In this document: in pieces, positions 18,926-27,848 of the stretch
Position numbering within the stretch: the first letter of the stretch is position 1
How the letters are laid out: each line of letters starts with the position of its first letter
Source: Microcoleus sp.
GTDB lineage: Bacteria; Cyanobacteriota; Cyanobacteriia; Cyanobacteriales; Microcoleaceae
Assembly: GCA_042408215.1 (NCBI GenBank)
Contig: JAYFMW010000028.1
Span: forward strand, 96,001 to 160,000
Direction: 5' to 3'
Length of the DNA: 64,000 nucleotides
The notes under the pieces: model-generated
The model's input: only the letters and a program-made list of their open reading frames with translations
Told to the model about the DNA's origin: nothing
Databases searched by the model: none
Translations under genes and position numbers: made by a program

Positions 18926-19315
18926 TCACTTGATTTGATAAATATAAGCATCTTCGATCCACGTCTGATTAACCCGATTATTTGTCATTCTTCTGCCTGA
19001 TAAGTCTAAATTCCAATCTTGTTGTAACTGACGTAATCCCTCAATTAATTCATGTTTTGGGCTTACTGCTACAATCGCTGTCCAATCGATTTTCAAGTCG
19101 GGTTTAACTTCGCGAAAAACTGACAGAATTTCATAATAAGTTTTAAGAGGCCCTTTGCTATCGTACAGAGGTGAGGTGAGCATCAGCCGCCATGTTTCCG
19201 GTTCGGGCGCGTAGGTCCAGAGAGCCGAATCAACTGATAAATCTGCTGCATTGAGAGCGTCTATTAGTCTTTGACCTTCTTCTATTTCTTGACTTACCAA
19301 TGTTGCTGTAGCCAT
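18926..19315 (-). CDS. Hypothetical protein
   Basis: Clean ORF from MATATLVSQE to IEDAYIYQIK; function not recognised. Confidence 0.6.
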   Translation of the reverse strand: MATATLVSQEIEEGQRLIDALNAADLSVDSALWTYAPEPETWRLMLTSPLYDSKGPLKTYYEILSVFREVKPDLKIDWTAIVAVSPKHELIEGLRQLQQDWNLDLSGRRMTNNRVNQTWIEDAYIYQIK

Positions 19316-19480
19316 TGTAAAACTCCGTGATAGGGATCGGTAATTGCTGAGTAAATGCAGATTCAAGACTTACGCATCAATATCAAAGAAACCGGGTTTT
19401 TTTACCAAATTCAAGGCTAAGATGCAGTATTTTCGTAAAAAACCCGGTTTCTGCCTCCACGACTAAGATGGATAAGTTTA

Positions 19481-21136
19481 TTAGTTTTTGCTTCTGGTTT
19501 TGTTGATTATATTCTGTCTGATTACTGGTTGAATTGTCAAGTACGATCGCCCATTTTGTTTTACTGTTTCAACTAATGACCGCCGTCCTAAAGATTGGAT
19601 GACTTTCAATAATTCTGGCGGTGATAGTTGCAGGTTTTCTGGTATTTTTGAGATGTCGGCTGGTTCGGGGGTACTTGCTAGCCAAGCGATAACTTGTTGT
19701 TCGGATGCGGTTAGGCGATCGCACTGCTGGTCTAGGAGTGATTCTAAGTCACCTAAGAATAGGGTATCATAGGATAGGAATTCGGAAACGCTGCCGCCGA
19801 ATAAGTCTTGAATCAATGTGGCAACTATATTTAACCATAAGGGATTGCCTCGGTAAAGGTCGATTAGTTCTGACCATTTATCGGGTTCTGCTAAACCTTT
19901 TTCTCTGAATATTTCTTGTGCTTCGGGGCCTAAACCGTTGAGTTGCAGAGATTTGCAGGGGCGGTTTTCGCCTTCTAAGGCGGCGATTTCTCTGGGTTTT
20001 TCCCAACTCAGGAGAATTAAGCAACTGTTGTGGGATGATTCTGTTAGTTGTTTGAAGAATGGGCCGTAATTTTCATAGCCTGGTTGGTAATTTCCTGCGA
20101 GTTGTTGGCTGCTGAAGATGGTTTGGATATCATCGAGGATGATGAGACAGCGGTGCGATCGTAAATAGTTGATTACCCCCCCCAACCCCCCCTTGCTAAG
20201 GGGGGGAGAAAGAGGTTGAATCTCTTCGCCGCGCCGGGGAGAAAGAGGTTGAATGTCTTCGCCGCGCCGGGGAGAAAGAGGTTGAATCTCTGCGCCGCGC
20301 CGGGGAGAAAGAGGTTGAATCTCTGCGCCGCGCCGGGGAGAAAGAGGTTGAATCTCTTCGCCGCGCCGGGGAGAAAGAGGTTGAATCTCTTCGCCGCGCT
20401 GGGGAGAAAGAGGTTGAATCTCTTCGCCCCCCCTTGATAAGGGGGGGTTGGGGGGGTTAGTTTCTTGCTGCTGGGAGAGGAATTTAATTAAGTCGGTTTG
20501 GAGTGATGCGAGGGGTGGAGAGTTGCGGAGACTTCGCCAGATAATGTAATCGAATTCGTGTTGAATTTGTGGAATTAGTTGGAGTGTCAGGGCGGTTTTG
20601 CCAATACCGGATAAGCCTAAGATGGTGATGAGGCGGGTGCGGGCTAAAATCCAGTTTTGGAGGGTGGTGAGTTCGGATGTGCGGTTATAGAATAGGTTGG
20701 GTTCTGGTGCGTCGCCTAAGTCTAAATGTATTTTAGGTTCGGAATTGCTTGTTTTTTCGTTAAACTTATCCTTGTTTTGCGGTTCAGATTGTAATTTTTT
20801 TGAGGGTTGCGAACTATCAGCAGAGATGTTACCAATATGGATGCAGCCATTCCCGACGAGTGAGACAATATTAGAAGCTTGTAAATTTTCCAATTTAGCT
20901 CTAAAATTTGCTTTAGATACTTGTTCCTCACCTAATGCAACTGATAGAAGTTTCCATAATTTAAAGCCAACTTCTTTAATGTATTTCTCTGAACGGTTGT
21001 GATGCTGTGCAATTTCCTTATATTTTTGATTGTTCCAAGCGCCGCGTAGTATAGCTTTTTGCAGACTATCTAAGTGTTTTCCCGTAGTAGTCAAAGCTAG
21101 ATTGTCAGTAAATTTTAAGGCTTCTTCAATATCCAT
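19481..21136 (-). CDS. N-terminal HTH + NB-ARC/STAND NTPase with no C-terminal repeat domain
   Basis: HLDSLQKAILRGAW HTH, Walker A GLSGIGKT, IIWRSL, Walker B LIILDD, GNPL. Confidence 0.85.
   Translation of the reverse strand: MDIEEALKFTDNLALTTTGKHLDSLQKAILRGAWNNQKYKEIAQHHNRSEKYIKEVGFKLWKLLSVALGEEQVSKANFRAKLENLQASNIVSLVGNGCIHIGNISADSSQPSKKLQSEPQNKDKFNEKTSNSEPKIHLDLGDAPEPNLFYNRTSELTTLQNWILARTRLITILGLSGIGKTALTLQLIPQIQHEFDYIIWRSLRNSPPLASLQTDLIKFLSQQQETNPPNPPLSRGGEEIQPLSPQRGEEIQPLSPRRGEEIQPLSPRRGAEIQPLSPRRGAEIQPLSPRRGEDIQPLSPRRGEEIQPLSPPLSKGGLGGVINYLRSHRCLIILDDIQTIFSSQQLAGNYQPGYENYGPFFKQLTESSHNSCLILLSWEKPREIAALEGENRPCKSLQLNGLGPEAQEIFREKGLAEPDKWSELIDLYRGNPLWLNIVATLIQDLFGGSVSEFLSYDTLFLGDLESLLDQQCDRLTASEQQVIAWLASTPEPADISKIPENLQLSPPELLKVIQSLGRRSLVETVKQNGRSYLTIQPVIRQNIINKTRSKN
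20177..20460 (-). repeat. In-frame 33-bp tandem repeat (GEEIQPLSPRR) bounded by CCCCCCTT..AAGGGGGG palindromes
   Basis: About 7 units inside the NB-ARC gene. Confidence 0.92.
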
Positions 21137-21177
21137 TAGTCACGCAGATGCAAGGGTTTGACTTGATTGTAACCCGA

Positions 21178-21264
21178 CTAAACATGACTTTTTCGGTATG
21201 AACCAGCTAAATATGACTTTTTATGACTTAGTTGCAATTAAAAAAAACTACTAAACATGGCTTT
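21178..21264. promoter_or_regulatory. Direct repeats CTAAA(C/T)ATG(A/G)CTTT, putative operator
   Basis: Copies at 21178, 21207 and 21251 plus a partial at 21221, between divergent genes. Confidence 0.5.
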
Positions 21265-21353
21265 ATCTGGCTTGACAAGATTTGACACTTAGGGAATAAT
21301 TTATACTTAAGACAGCAAAATATTATGCTAAGCGCTACTTGTATCTACCTGTT

Positions 21354-22844
21354 ATGACACAGCAGAATATTCTGGAACTCGCTAAACAGGGAGATGCGAA
21401 GGCGATCGCGCTTCTGCTGAACCGCCAGCTACAAGCCAAGGGCATCACCGCCGCAGCTTCCCTGAAGGATGGTTGTTTACAGGTGATGCTGGAAGCGACA
21501 GAAGCGCCTAGTCAGCAAGTCTTGGCCGGGTGGGTTAGTAAGTCGATCGCTGGTTTGGGGGCTGCATCGATTGAGAAAGTGAAGGTTTACGGGCGACAGA
21601 CGGGCTCGAAGGTGCCGGCGTGGAGTCAAGAGTTTGAAGTGGCGGGGCAAAAATTGCCTGTTGCGAATGTAACACAGGGGCGGGCAAGTTCTAGTGAGAA
21701 TACGGAGTCAAATCAGCTTAGTTTGAAGGAACGGGCTAAGCTTGGGGATGTGGAGGCGATCGCCAGTCTGTTAAATCTTCCGTTACAGAATAAGGGGATT
21801 AGTGCGACTGCGAGTTTGCAAGATGGTTGTTTACAGGTGATGCTGGAGGGCGATCGGGTTCCTGATGAGGAGGCTTCTATCAGGATTGTCCGCAGGGAGT
21901 TGACGAATTTGAAGGCGGGGGCGATCGCTTCTGTGAAGGTTTACGGGCAGCAGGCGGGTGAGGATTTCCCGGCTTGGAATCGAGAGTTTGAGATAGTGGT
22001 AGAAACCCAGCCGGTAAAACAAAATAAGAGTTTTCAGTTAAACAAGCAGAACAACACAATTACAAATGACCTAGCAACCCCAATAATCGTTGGTCTTTTT
22101 ATATTATCTACTATCCTTTTGTTCATAAATTGGTTTTGGGCAATTATTATATTTAGTTTAGCTTGTTGTGCTGCTACCCAAATACCAGCGCAACCTCTTG
22201 CAAACGCTCAATCTATAGATCAGTTGAAAAGCTCCGATGATTTAGTAAAAGAGCCAAGATCAGAAGTTCATCTCAAAGCTGAAAATTATACAGCTATTAA
22301 ACAAAAAGGTCTTATAGATGTAAATGAGCAAGTTGTATTCTATCAAACAGCCACTTACAAAGGTGGAGTTCGAGGTTATCCCAATGCTTCTCAAAATCCT
22401 GGATTTGCATTTGTTCTCGATTATTCCTTTGCATTTTATGACAATCAAGTTTTATGCAAATTAGCTTATGAACGTATAATCGAAGCAAAACTCGATTTTT
22501 TTGAGATGAGTGGTGTGCGTGGCTTCCTAGCGTCTGGTGATGTAGGACGACAGCTTCAACAAACAAAGAATACTTTAGAATTATGTTACTTAGATGATGA
22601 AAATACAGAACGGAGTGCAAGATTTCAGATTCACGGAGCTCTGACTATAGCAGGGGAAGCGGAAAAAGCTAGGGAATTTATCAATTATCTTCTTGAATTT
22701 AAGGGACAGTTTGCAAGTAAGTCAGGCAATACTCAATCCGATCCTATTTCTAAGTTGGAAAAATTGAAAAAGCTAAGAGATCAAGGATTAATTACTGAGT
22801 CGGAATTTGACGATAAAAAGCGAAAACTACTTGATCTGTTATAA
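21354..22844 (+). CDS. Membrane protein: duplicated N-terminal domain + TM + C-terminal SHOCT domain
   Basis: Two AKxGDxxAIAxLLN..L repeats; LEKLKKLRDQGLITESEFDDKKRKLL. Confidence 0.75.
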   Translation: MTQQNILELAKQGDAKAIALLLNRQLQAKGITAAASLKDGCLQVMLEATEAPSQQVLAGWVSKSIAGLGAASIEKVKVYGRQTGSKVPAWSQEFEVAGQKLPVANVTQGRASSSENTESNQLSLKERAKLGDVEAIASLLNLPLQNKGISATASLQDGCLQVMLEGDRVPDEEASIRIVRRELTNLKAGAIASVKVYGQQAGEDFPAWNREFEIVVETQPVKQNKSFQLNKQNNTITNDLATPIIVGLFILSTILLFINWFWAIIIFSLACCAATQIPAQPLANAQSIDQLKSSDDLVKEPRSEVHLKAENYTAIKQKGLIDVNEQVVFYQTATYKGGVRGYPNASQNPGFAFVLDYSFAFYDNQVLCKLAYERIIEAKLDFFEMSGVRGFLASGDVGRQLQQTKNTLELCYLDDENTERSARFQIHGALTIAGEAEKAREFINYLLEFKGQFASKSGNTQSDPISKLEKLKKLRDQGLITESEFDDKKRKLLDLL

Positions 22845-22991
22845 AGACATATTTTTCAATGCTGTGAATCTGTATTCGCCTGCTGGAACTGCCAAAGGTC
22901 GCCATATTGCTTGACAACCTCTAGTATTTGGACAATAATTTATACTTAGACAGTAAAAGGTTATTCTAAGCGCTAGTTGTATCTACCTGTT

Positions 22992-24956
22992 ATGACACAA
23001 CCGAATATTTTGGAACTCGCGAAACAGGGAGATGCAAAGGCGATCGCGCTTCTGCTGAACCGCCAGCTACAAGCTAAGGGCATCACCGCCGCAGCTTCCC
23101 TTAAGGATGGTTGTTTACAGGTGATGTTGGAAGCCGCAGAAGCGCCTAGTCAGCAAGTCTTGGCCTCGTGGGTGAGTAAGTCGATCGCTGGTTTGGGGGC
23201 TGCATCGATTGAGAAAGTGAAGGTTTACGGGCGACAGACGGGCGCAAAGGTGCCGGCGTGGAGTCAAGAGTTTGAAGTGGCGGGGCTAAAGTTGCCTGTT
23301 ACGGATGTTACAGAGGGGCGGGCAAGTCCTAGTGAAAATACGGAGTCTAATCAGCTTAGTTTGAAGGAACGGGCTAAGCTTGGGGATGTGGAGGCGATCG
23401 CATCTCTGTTAAATCTTCCGTTACAGAATAAGGGAATTAGTGCGACTGCGAGTTTGCAAGATGGTTGTTTGCAAGTGATGCTGGAGGGCGATCGGGTTCC
23501 TGATGAGGAGGTTTCTATCAGGATTGTCCGCAGGGAGTTGACGAATTTGAAGGCGGGGGCGATCGCTTCTGTGAAGGTTTACGGGCAGCAGGCGGGTGAG
23601 GATTTTCCGGCTTGGAATCGAGAGTTTGAGATAGTGGTACAAGTAAGTCACCCAACGTCTAAAGCTGATACTTCAACGCCTAAGCCATCCAAGAAAGTTG
23701 AAACTGAAGAATTAGTTGAAATGCTTGTTCCTGGGCTTAAGCAACTCAAAAATGGGATAACAGGTATTGGCGTGGCCTGGTTATTAGGTGCTTTTATTGG
23801 TTACTTATGGATGTTTTGGGTTGGGCTGATTATTCATGCAATCTACATTTGGAAATATTTTGATAAACAAGTTATAAAAATAGTCTCTATTTTGGCTGAC
23901 CAGTTCAATAATTTAGTGTCATCTAATACCACTTTTAACACTCAACCCAAAGCTGAGAATGGCAACACATCAACAAAATTCACCGTTAGTGGCACTCAAT
24001 CTCATCAGAATAAACAGTCTTGTCCTCGCACCTACTTGGGTGCATCTATCTTAGTAACCATCCTGGCTTTCCCTCCTTTAGGAATAGCAGCAATAATCTT
24101 TGCTGCTCAGGTTGTAAGTAAATATGAGCAAGGGGATTACGAAGGAGCTAAATCTAATTCTAATACAGCTAAGGTTTTGTGTATTGTAGGTGGCGCCATT
24201 GCGGTTACTTTTTATGTGTTGCTGCTTTCAGTTTTTGGGATATCACTGTTTGCTAACACTCAACTTGAAAGCCAAGCTAAACAATCGGAAGCTAAACAAT
24301 ATATTAGTTCTATTAATAGAGGTCAACAAGCTTATTACGCAGAACATACTAAATTCTCCTCTACGATAGAAGAAATAGGATTGGGGCTAAAAACAGAAAC
24401 AAACAATTACAAATATACTATTTTTAGCGTAGATAACACGAAAGTTATAGCATCAGCAACAGCAAAAAATAAAAACTTAAAAAGTTATACAGGAGCAGTT
24501 TTTTCAATTAAGGGTATTGATGGTAATGATACTACAAAAGCTGATGTTTGTGAAACAGATAGACCATCTCAAACACCTCCTAATATACCTCAATTAATTG
24601 GCAACGACATTCAATGTCCTGCTGGCTCTGTGTCTTTAGATTCATTAAAATCTGTGTCTCCCGATTCATTAAAATCGGATAGTACAAAAGTTGGTGTTGA
24701 AGTTCCCACACATCCGTCGTGTTCAAGAAAATATGTAAGCGTTAAACTAGATACATTTGAAAACTGTCTAGTTGACGGAATGACATATTCTCAAGTGGCA
24801 AATGTTCTTGGTTATGCGGGTAAACTTCAGTCTCAATCTGGTAGCATAGAGATGTGGCAGTGGAACGATGGTGAAGGCAAATATTTATCTGCTATTTTTT
24901 CTGATGGTAAGTTGATGAGTAAATCACAGATAGGTTTAGAACCTGGTAGAGATTAG
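22992..24956 (+). CDS. Paralog: same N-terminus + TM + CD225/dispanin-like + type IV pilin-like G/H + C-terminal domain
   Basis: N-terminus near-identical to 21354; PPLGIAAIIFAAQV...GDYEGAK; AKQSEAKQYISSINRGQQAYY. Confidence 0.75.
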   Translation: MTQPNILELAKQGDAKAIALLLNRQLQAKGITAAASLKDGCLQVMLEAAEAPSQQVLASWVSKSIAGLGAASIEKVKVYGRQTGAKVPAWSQEFEVAGLKLPVTDVTEGRASPSENTESNQLSLKERAKLGDVEAIASLLNLPLQNKGISATASLQDGCLQVMLEGDRVPDEEVSIRIVRRELTNLKAGAIASVKVYGQQAGEDFPAWNREFEIVVQVSHPTSKADTSTPKPSKKVETEELVEMLVPGLKQLKNGITGIGVAWLLGAFIGYLWMFWVGLIIHAIYIWKYFDKQVIKIVSILADQFNNLVSSNTTFNTQPKAENGNTSTKFTVSGTQSHQNKQSCPRTYLGASILVTILAFPPLGIAAIIFAAQVVSKYEQGDYEGAKSNSNTAKVLCIVGGAIAVTFYVLLLSVFGISLFANTQLESQAKQSEAKQYISSINRGQQAYYAEHTKFSSTIEEIGLGLKTETNNYKYTIFSVDNTKVIASATAKNKNLKSYTGAVFSIKGIDGNDTTKADVCETDRPSQTPPNIPQLIGNDIQCPAGSVSLDSLKSVSPDSLKSDSTKVGVEVPTHPSCSRKYVSVKLDTFENCLVDGMTYSQVANVLGYAGKLQSQSGSIEMWQWNDGEGKYLSAIFSDGKLMSKSQIGLEPGRD

Positions 24957-25136
24957 AAGATACATAAAGTAACTGTCGCCTCCTCTACCAACTTTTGAAA
25001 AATCGCGATCGCCCTTACATCCCAACTTGTCAAAAAGCGCATCGCGCCTCTTCCCCTGTACTTGCAAAAAAATTACATCCAAGATAAACTAGGAAATAGA
25101 AACTAAGCAACCTCTGATGCTGAAAGCAAAAATATA

Positions 25137-25349
25137 ATGAAAACTAAAAGCTTCACAGTCATCATTTACAAAGAAGAAGATATGTACATTGCCGAATGTC
25201 CAGAAGTCGGCACAATTGACCAAGGCGAAACCATAGAACAAGCGATCGCCAATCTCAAAGAAGCTACAAGGCTCTATCTCGAAGAGTGTCCTTTACCCGA
25301 CGAAATGACTCCCAGGTTTGTCACTAGCATAGAGGTTAGCTATGCCTAG
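25137..25349 (+). CDS. hicB: HicB-family antitoxin (short)
   Basis: YIAECPEVGTIDQGETIEQAIANLKEA. Confidence 0.85.
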   Translation: MKTKSFTVIIYKEEDMYIAECPEVGTIDQGETIEQAIANLKEATRLYLEECPLPDEMTPRFVTSIEVSYA

Positions 25350-25569
25350 GTTGCCCAGAATATCAAGCCTAGAAGTAATTCGCGTACTAGAGCGTTTAGA
25401 CTTTTATCAAGCCAGACAAACGGGTAGCCACGTTGTCCTTAAAAAGCCTCTTCCAGACGGAGAAATTGTTTGCGTTGTGCCACTCCACCGCGAGTTAAAA
25501 ATTGGTACTCTCAGCGGTGTTCTAAAGCAAGCAAAGGTCACACCTGATGAGTTTATAGCTAATTTATAA
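25342..25569 (+). CDS. hicA: HicA-family mRNA interferase toxin
   Basis: RQTGSHV, VPLHRELKIGTLSGVLKQA. Confidence 0.88.
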   Translation: MPRLPRISSLEVIRVLERLDFYQARQTGSHVVLKKPLPDGEIVCVVPLHRELKIGTLSGVLKQAKVTPDEFIANL

Positions 25570-25715
25570 GTGAGAATAAACGGGTTTCCCAGTAGATGAG
25601 TTTTTGTAGCTTGTAGGGGTCGATCGCGATCGTAATGAAATAGCGATCGCCCTTACGTCCCAAATAGTCAAAAAGTGCGATCGCCCCTCGCCTCTATTTT
25701 TCAAAAAAACGCTGC

Positions 25716-26120
25716 TTACTGATAAAGATTGTGGTTCGGATCTAACCAAACAATATAAAACACATCCTCAATAAAGAATCCATGCACTCGACCATGCTCG
25801 TTAGTTGACAGAGAAAACTGATAAGGAACCGTTACCAATTCTTTTTCATTCGGAATACCAAACCCATTGGGTTCCGTTGTTTCTCGCCACTTAATGGGAT
25901 GACAGCGAAGGGATTGACTGCGATTCATCTTCACTTCTTGTGCTGTCAATGTGGATAAATCGCGCAGTCTTTCCAATAAAATAATGAAATAATTCGCATC
26001 CCGATCGCGAATTGAGAATTTTTCATTCTGAGTTTGCATGTACTTGAACGAAAATCCCAAGCCTTCGGGCGATTTCGGTTGAGAAGGGACAATTTTAGAC
26101 AGAGGTTTCTTCTTTGACAC
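25716..26120 (-). CDS. Putative toxin paired with a Panacea antitoxin
   Basis: Overlaps the Panacea gene; GRVHGF...FYIVWLDPNH resembles the RelE-like fold. Confidence 0.6.
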   Translation of the reverse strand: MSKKKPLSKIVPSQPKSPEGLGFSFKYMQTQNEKFSIRDRDANYFIILLERLRDLSTLTAQEVKMNRSQSLRCHPIKWRETTEPNGFGIPNEKELVTVPYQFSLSTNEHGRVHGFFIEDVFYIVWLDPNHNLYQ

Positions 26121-26727
26121 GACCAGAATAATATTTTTTCATCGATTCTTGAGAAATAATGGCATGACAAGATTCGTCTCTCGGCAAATTCCCTCTCGCT
26201 TCCAGCCAAGGCATTTCACTGCAAATCATTCGTTCCAAAGTTTCATCATCATACTCAAAATATGCCTCACCAACTTCTTCTATAAATTGCCCAATTTTTT
26301 GGGGAAGTTTCGGTTGTTCAATTTTCTCTGTAATTGGTTCCCAACTAAATTGGCATTGATACTTCTCCAATAAATCAGGAATAACTGGCCCGTGAATCCA
26401 GGCTTGAAAATCTGCATCAAAGAGTGGCTTGCCGTAAACTCCTAAATACCAAGCTTGAGCGTAATACAAGAGTTTTTGTAGCTTGTAGACGTTGATTGCT
26501 ACATTATTTTGCGAAGCTAACCAAATGAAAGCATTTGCAATATCTCGATCGCTGATTTTTTCCGAATTAGTTGCAACCGCAACAACTTTCAGTTTGCCTT
26601 CGCCTATCTGTTCCAATAGTTCATAAACTGACAAGTTAAATTCTCCGGCAATTTGCTCAACTTTTTGCCAGACTGGAGAACTTACAGTCACTTGATATTC
26701 ATTTTTTGTTGAAGTAGTTTGAGTCAT
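26095..26727 (-). CDS. Panacea (DUF4065/SocA/GepA) domain antitoxin with N-terminal extension
   Basis: KLQKLLYYAQ, FQAWIHGPV, EMPWLEAR. Confidence 0.85.
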   Translation of the reverse strand: MTQTTSTKNEYQVTVSSPVWQKVEQIAGEFNLSVYELLEQIGEGKLKVVAVATNSEKISDRDIANAFIWLASQNNVAINVYKLQKLLYYAQAWYLGVYGKPLFDADFQAWIHGPVIPDLLEKYQCQFSWEPITEKIEQPKLPQKIGQFIEEVGEAYFEYDDETLERMICSEMPWLEARGNLPRDESCHAIISQESMKKYYSGRVKEETSV

Positions 26728-26817
26728 GGCAGTTTTTAGAGCTGACTTAAATAATTGTAGCAAACAGTGCGGAATAATGACGTAATTGCGATCGCCCTAA
26801 CTACTTGATTAATTAAC

Positions 26818-27135
26818 CTACTTTACCGCGACAGCTAACTGGAACCCCAGTTTATCTAGTAAAACTATCAAAGCATAAATTTCCTCACCCCCACTCTCAG
26901 ACAACATCCGATCGAGTTTCTCATATATAAATTTAGCTTCCGTCGATAACTTATTCATCTGCAAATAAGCATCCACCACATCTTTAAGTCCTGCTCGCAG
27001 CAATTCTGGTTCTGGTGTTTCAGACTCTAATTCCAACATAACCTCGATATAGCTAGCAGCACTTTCAGGTTTTTTCAGAGAAGAAATCAAGTATTCATGG
27101 TAGCTTCTACTTGTTGGCACTTTGAGTTCTTTCAT
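26818..27135 (-). CDS. Addiction-module antidote-like protein
   Basis: PTSRSYHEYLISSLK..AASY, ends LGFQLAV; overlaps the toxin gene. Confidence 0.75.
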   Translation of the reverse strand: MKELKVPTSRSYHEYLISSLKKPESAASYIEVMLELESETPEPELLRAGLKDVVDAYLQMNKLSTEAKFIYEKLDRMLSESGGEEIYALIVLLDKLGFQLAVAVK

Positions 27136-27451
27136 AATCTCTCCAATATTTTTTAGCTTGGCTAATATCTTGCTCTTGAGTGCTTTTATCACCGCCACAT
27201 AGCAGCAACACAACTGTTAACCCGATTTGTCCAAAATAGATGCGATAGCCAGGGCCATAATCAATCTTAAGTTCATAAACTCCGGCTCCTAGTGAGCGAT
27301 AATCTCCCAGATTGCCTAGCTCAACTCGCCTGAGTCGTTTCTTGATTTTAGATACGGTTTTCGTATCTTGAAAGGAATCAAGCCATCCTTCAAAGGGACT
27401 TGTCCCATCGGCTTTTAGGTAGTTCTGTACTTCTCGTGGTTGAGCTTCCAT
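27107..27451 (-). CDS. RelE/HigB-like addiction-module killer toxin
   Basis: GNLGD, GVYELKIDYGPGYRIYF, LLCGGDKSTQ. Confidence 0.9.
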   Translation of the reverse strand: MEAQPREVQNYLKADGTSPFEGWLDSFQDTKTVSKIKKRLRRVELGNLGDYRSLGAGVYELKIDYGPGYRIYFGQIGLTVVLLLCGGDKSTQEQDISQAKKYWRDYERTQSANK

Positions 27452-27507
27452 AATTTTAACACAGGCGATCGGGATTTTAAGAGGAGTGGTAGCGTGTCGC
27501 CAGTTTT

Positions 27508-27768
27508 TTAAGCCTTCTGACTCAAGTGCAAGTCACCCACAATCGGTAATTCAAATACATTACTCTCTCGCAACCGCTTTGAGAAAAACATAACTTCCAG
27601 ATTTTCAATTTCCTCCGTGTCAGGATTTAGACGAGCCACAATTCCATAGTCTAGTTCTGGCGATTCTTGCTCTGCATAAGATGAACATTTATTGACGTAC
27701 AAAATATCCCCAATAGCATCGTATTTAAAAGTTAATTTTTCTGCCCTATTATCTCTCGCCAATCTCAA
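27508..27768 (-). CDS. DUF2283-like protein, start codon uncertain
   Basis: FKYDAIGDILY...IENLEV; AGG where ATG would give MAEKL; 5' end abuts a hicB remnant. Confidence 0.55.
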   Translation of the reverse strand: MRLARDNRAEKLTFKYDAIGDILYVNKCSSYAEQESPELDYGIVARLNPDTEEIENLEVMFFSKRLRESNVFELPIVGDLHLSQKA

Positions 27769-27848
27769 AGAAGCTACAAAACTCTATCTCGAAGAATGTC
27801 CCTTATTAAATCCCCGACTTCTTTAAGAAGTCGGGGTTCTGACTACTC

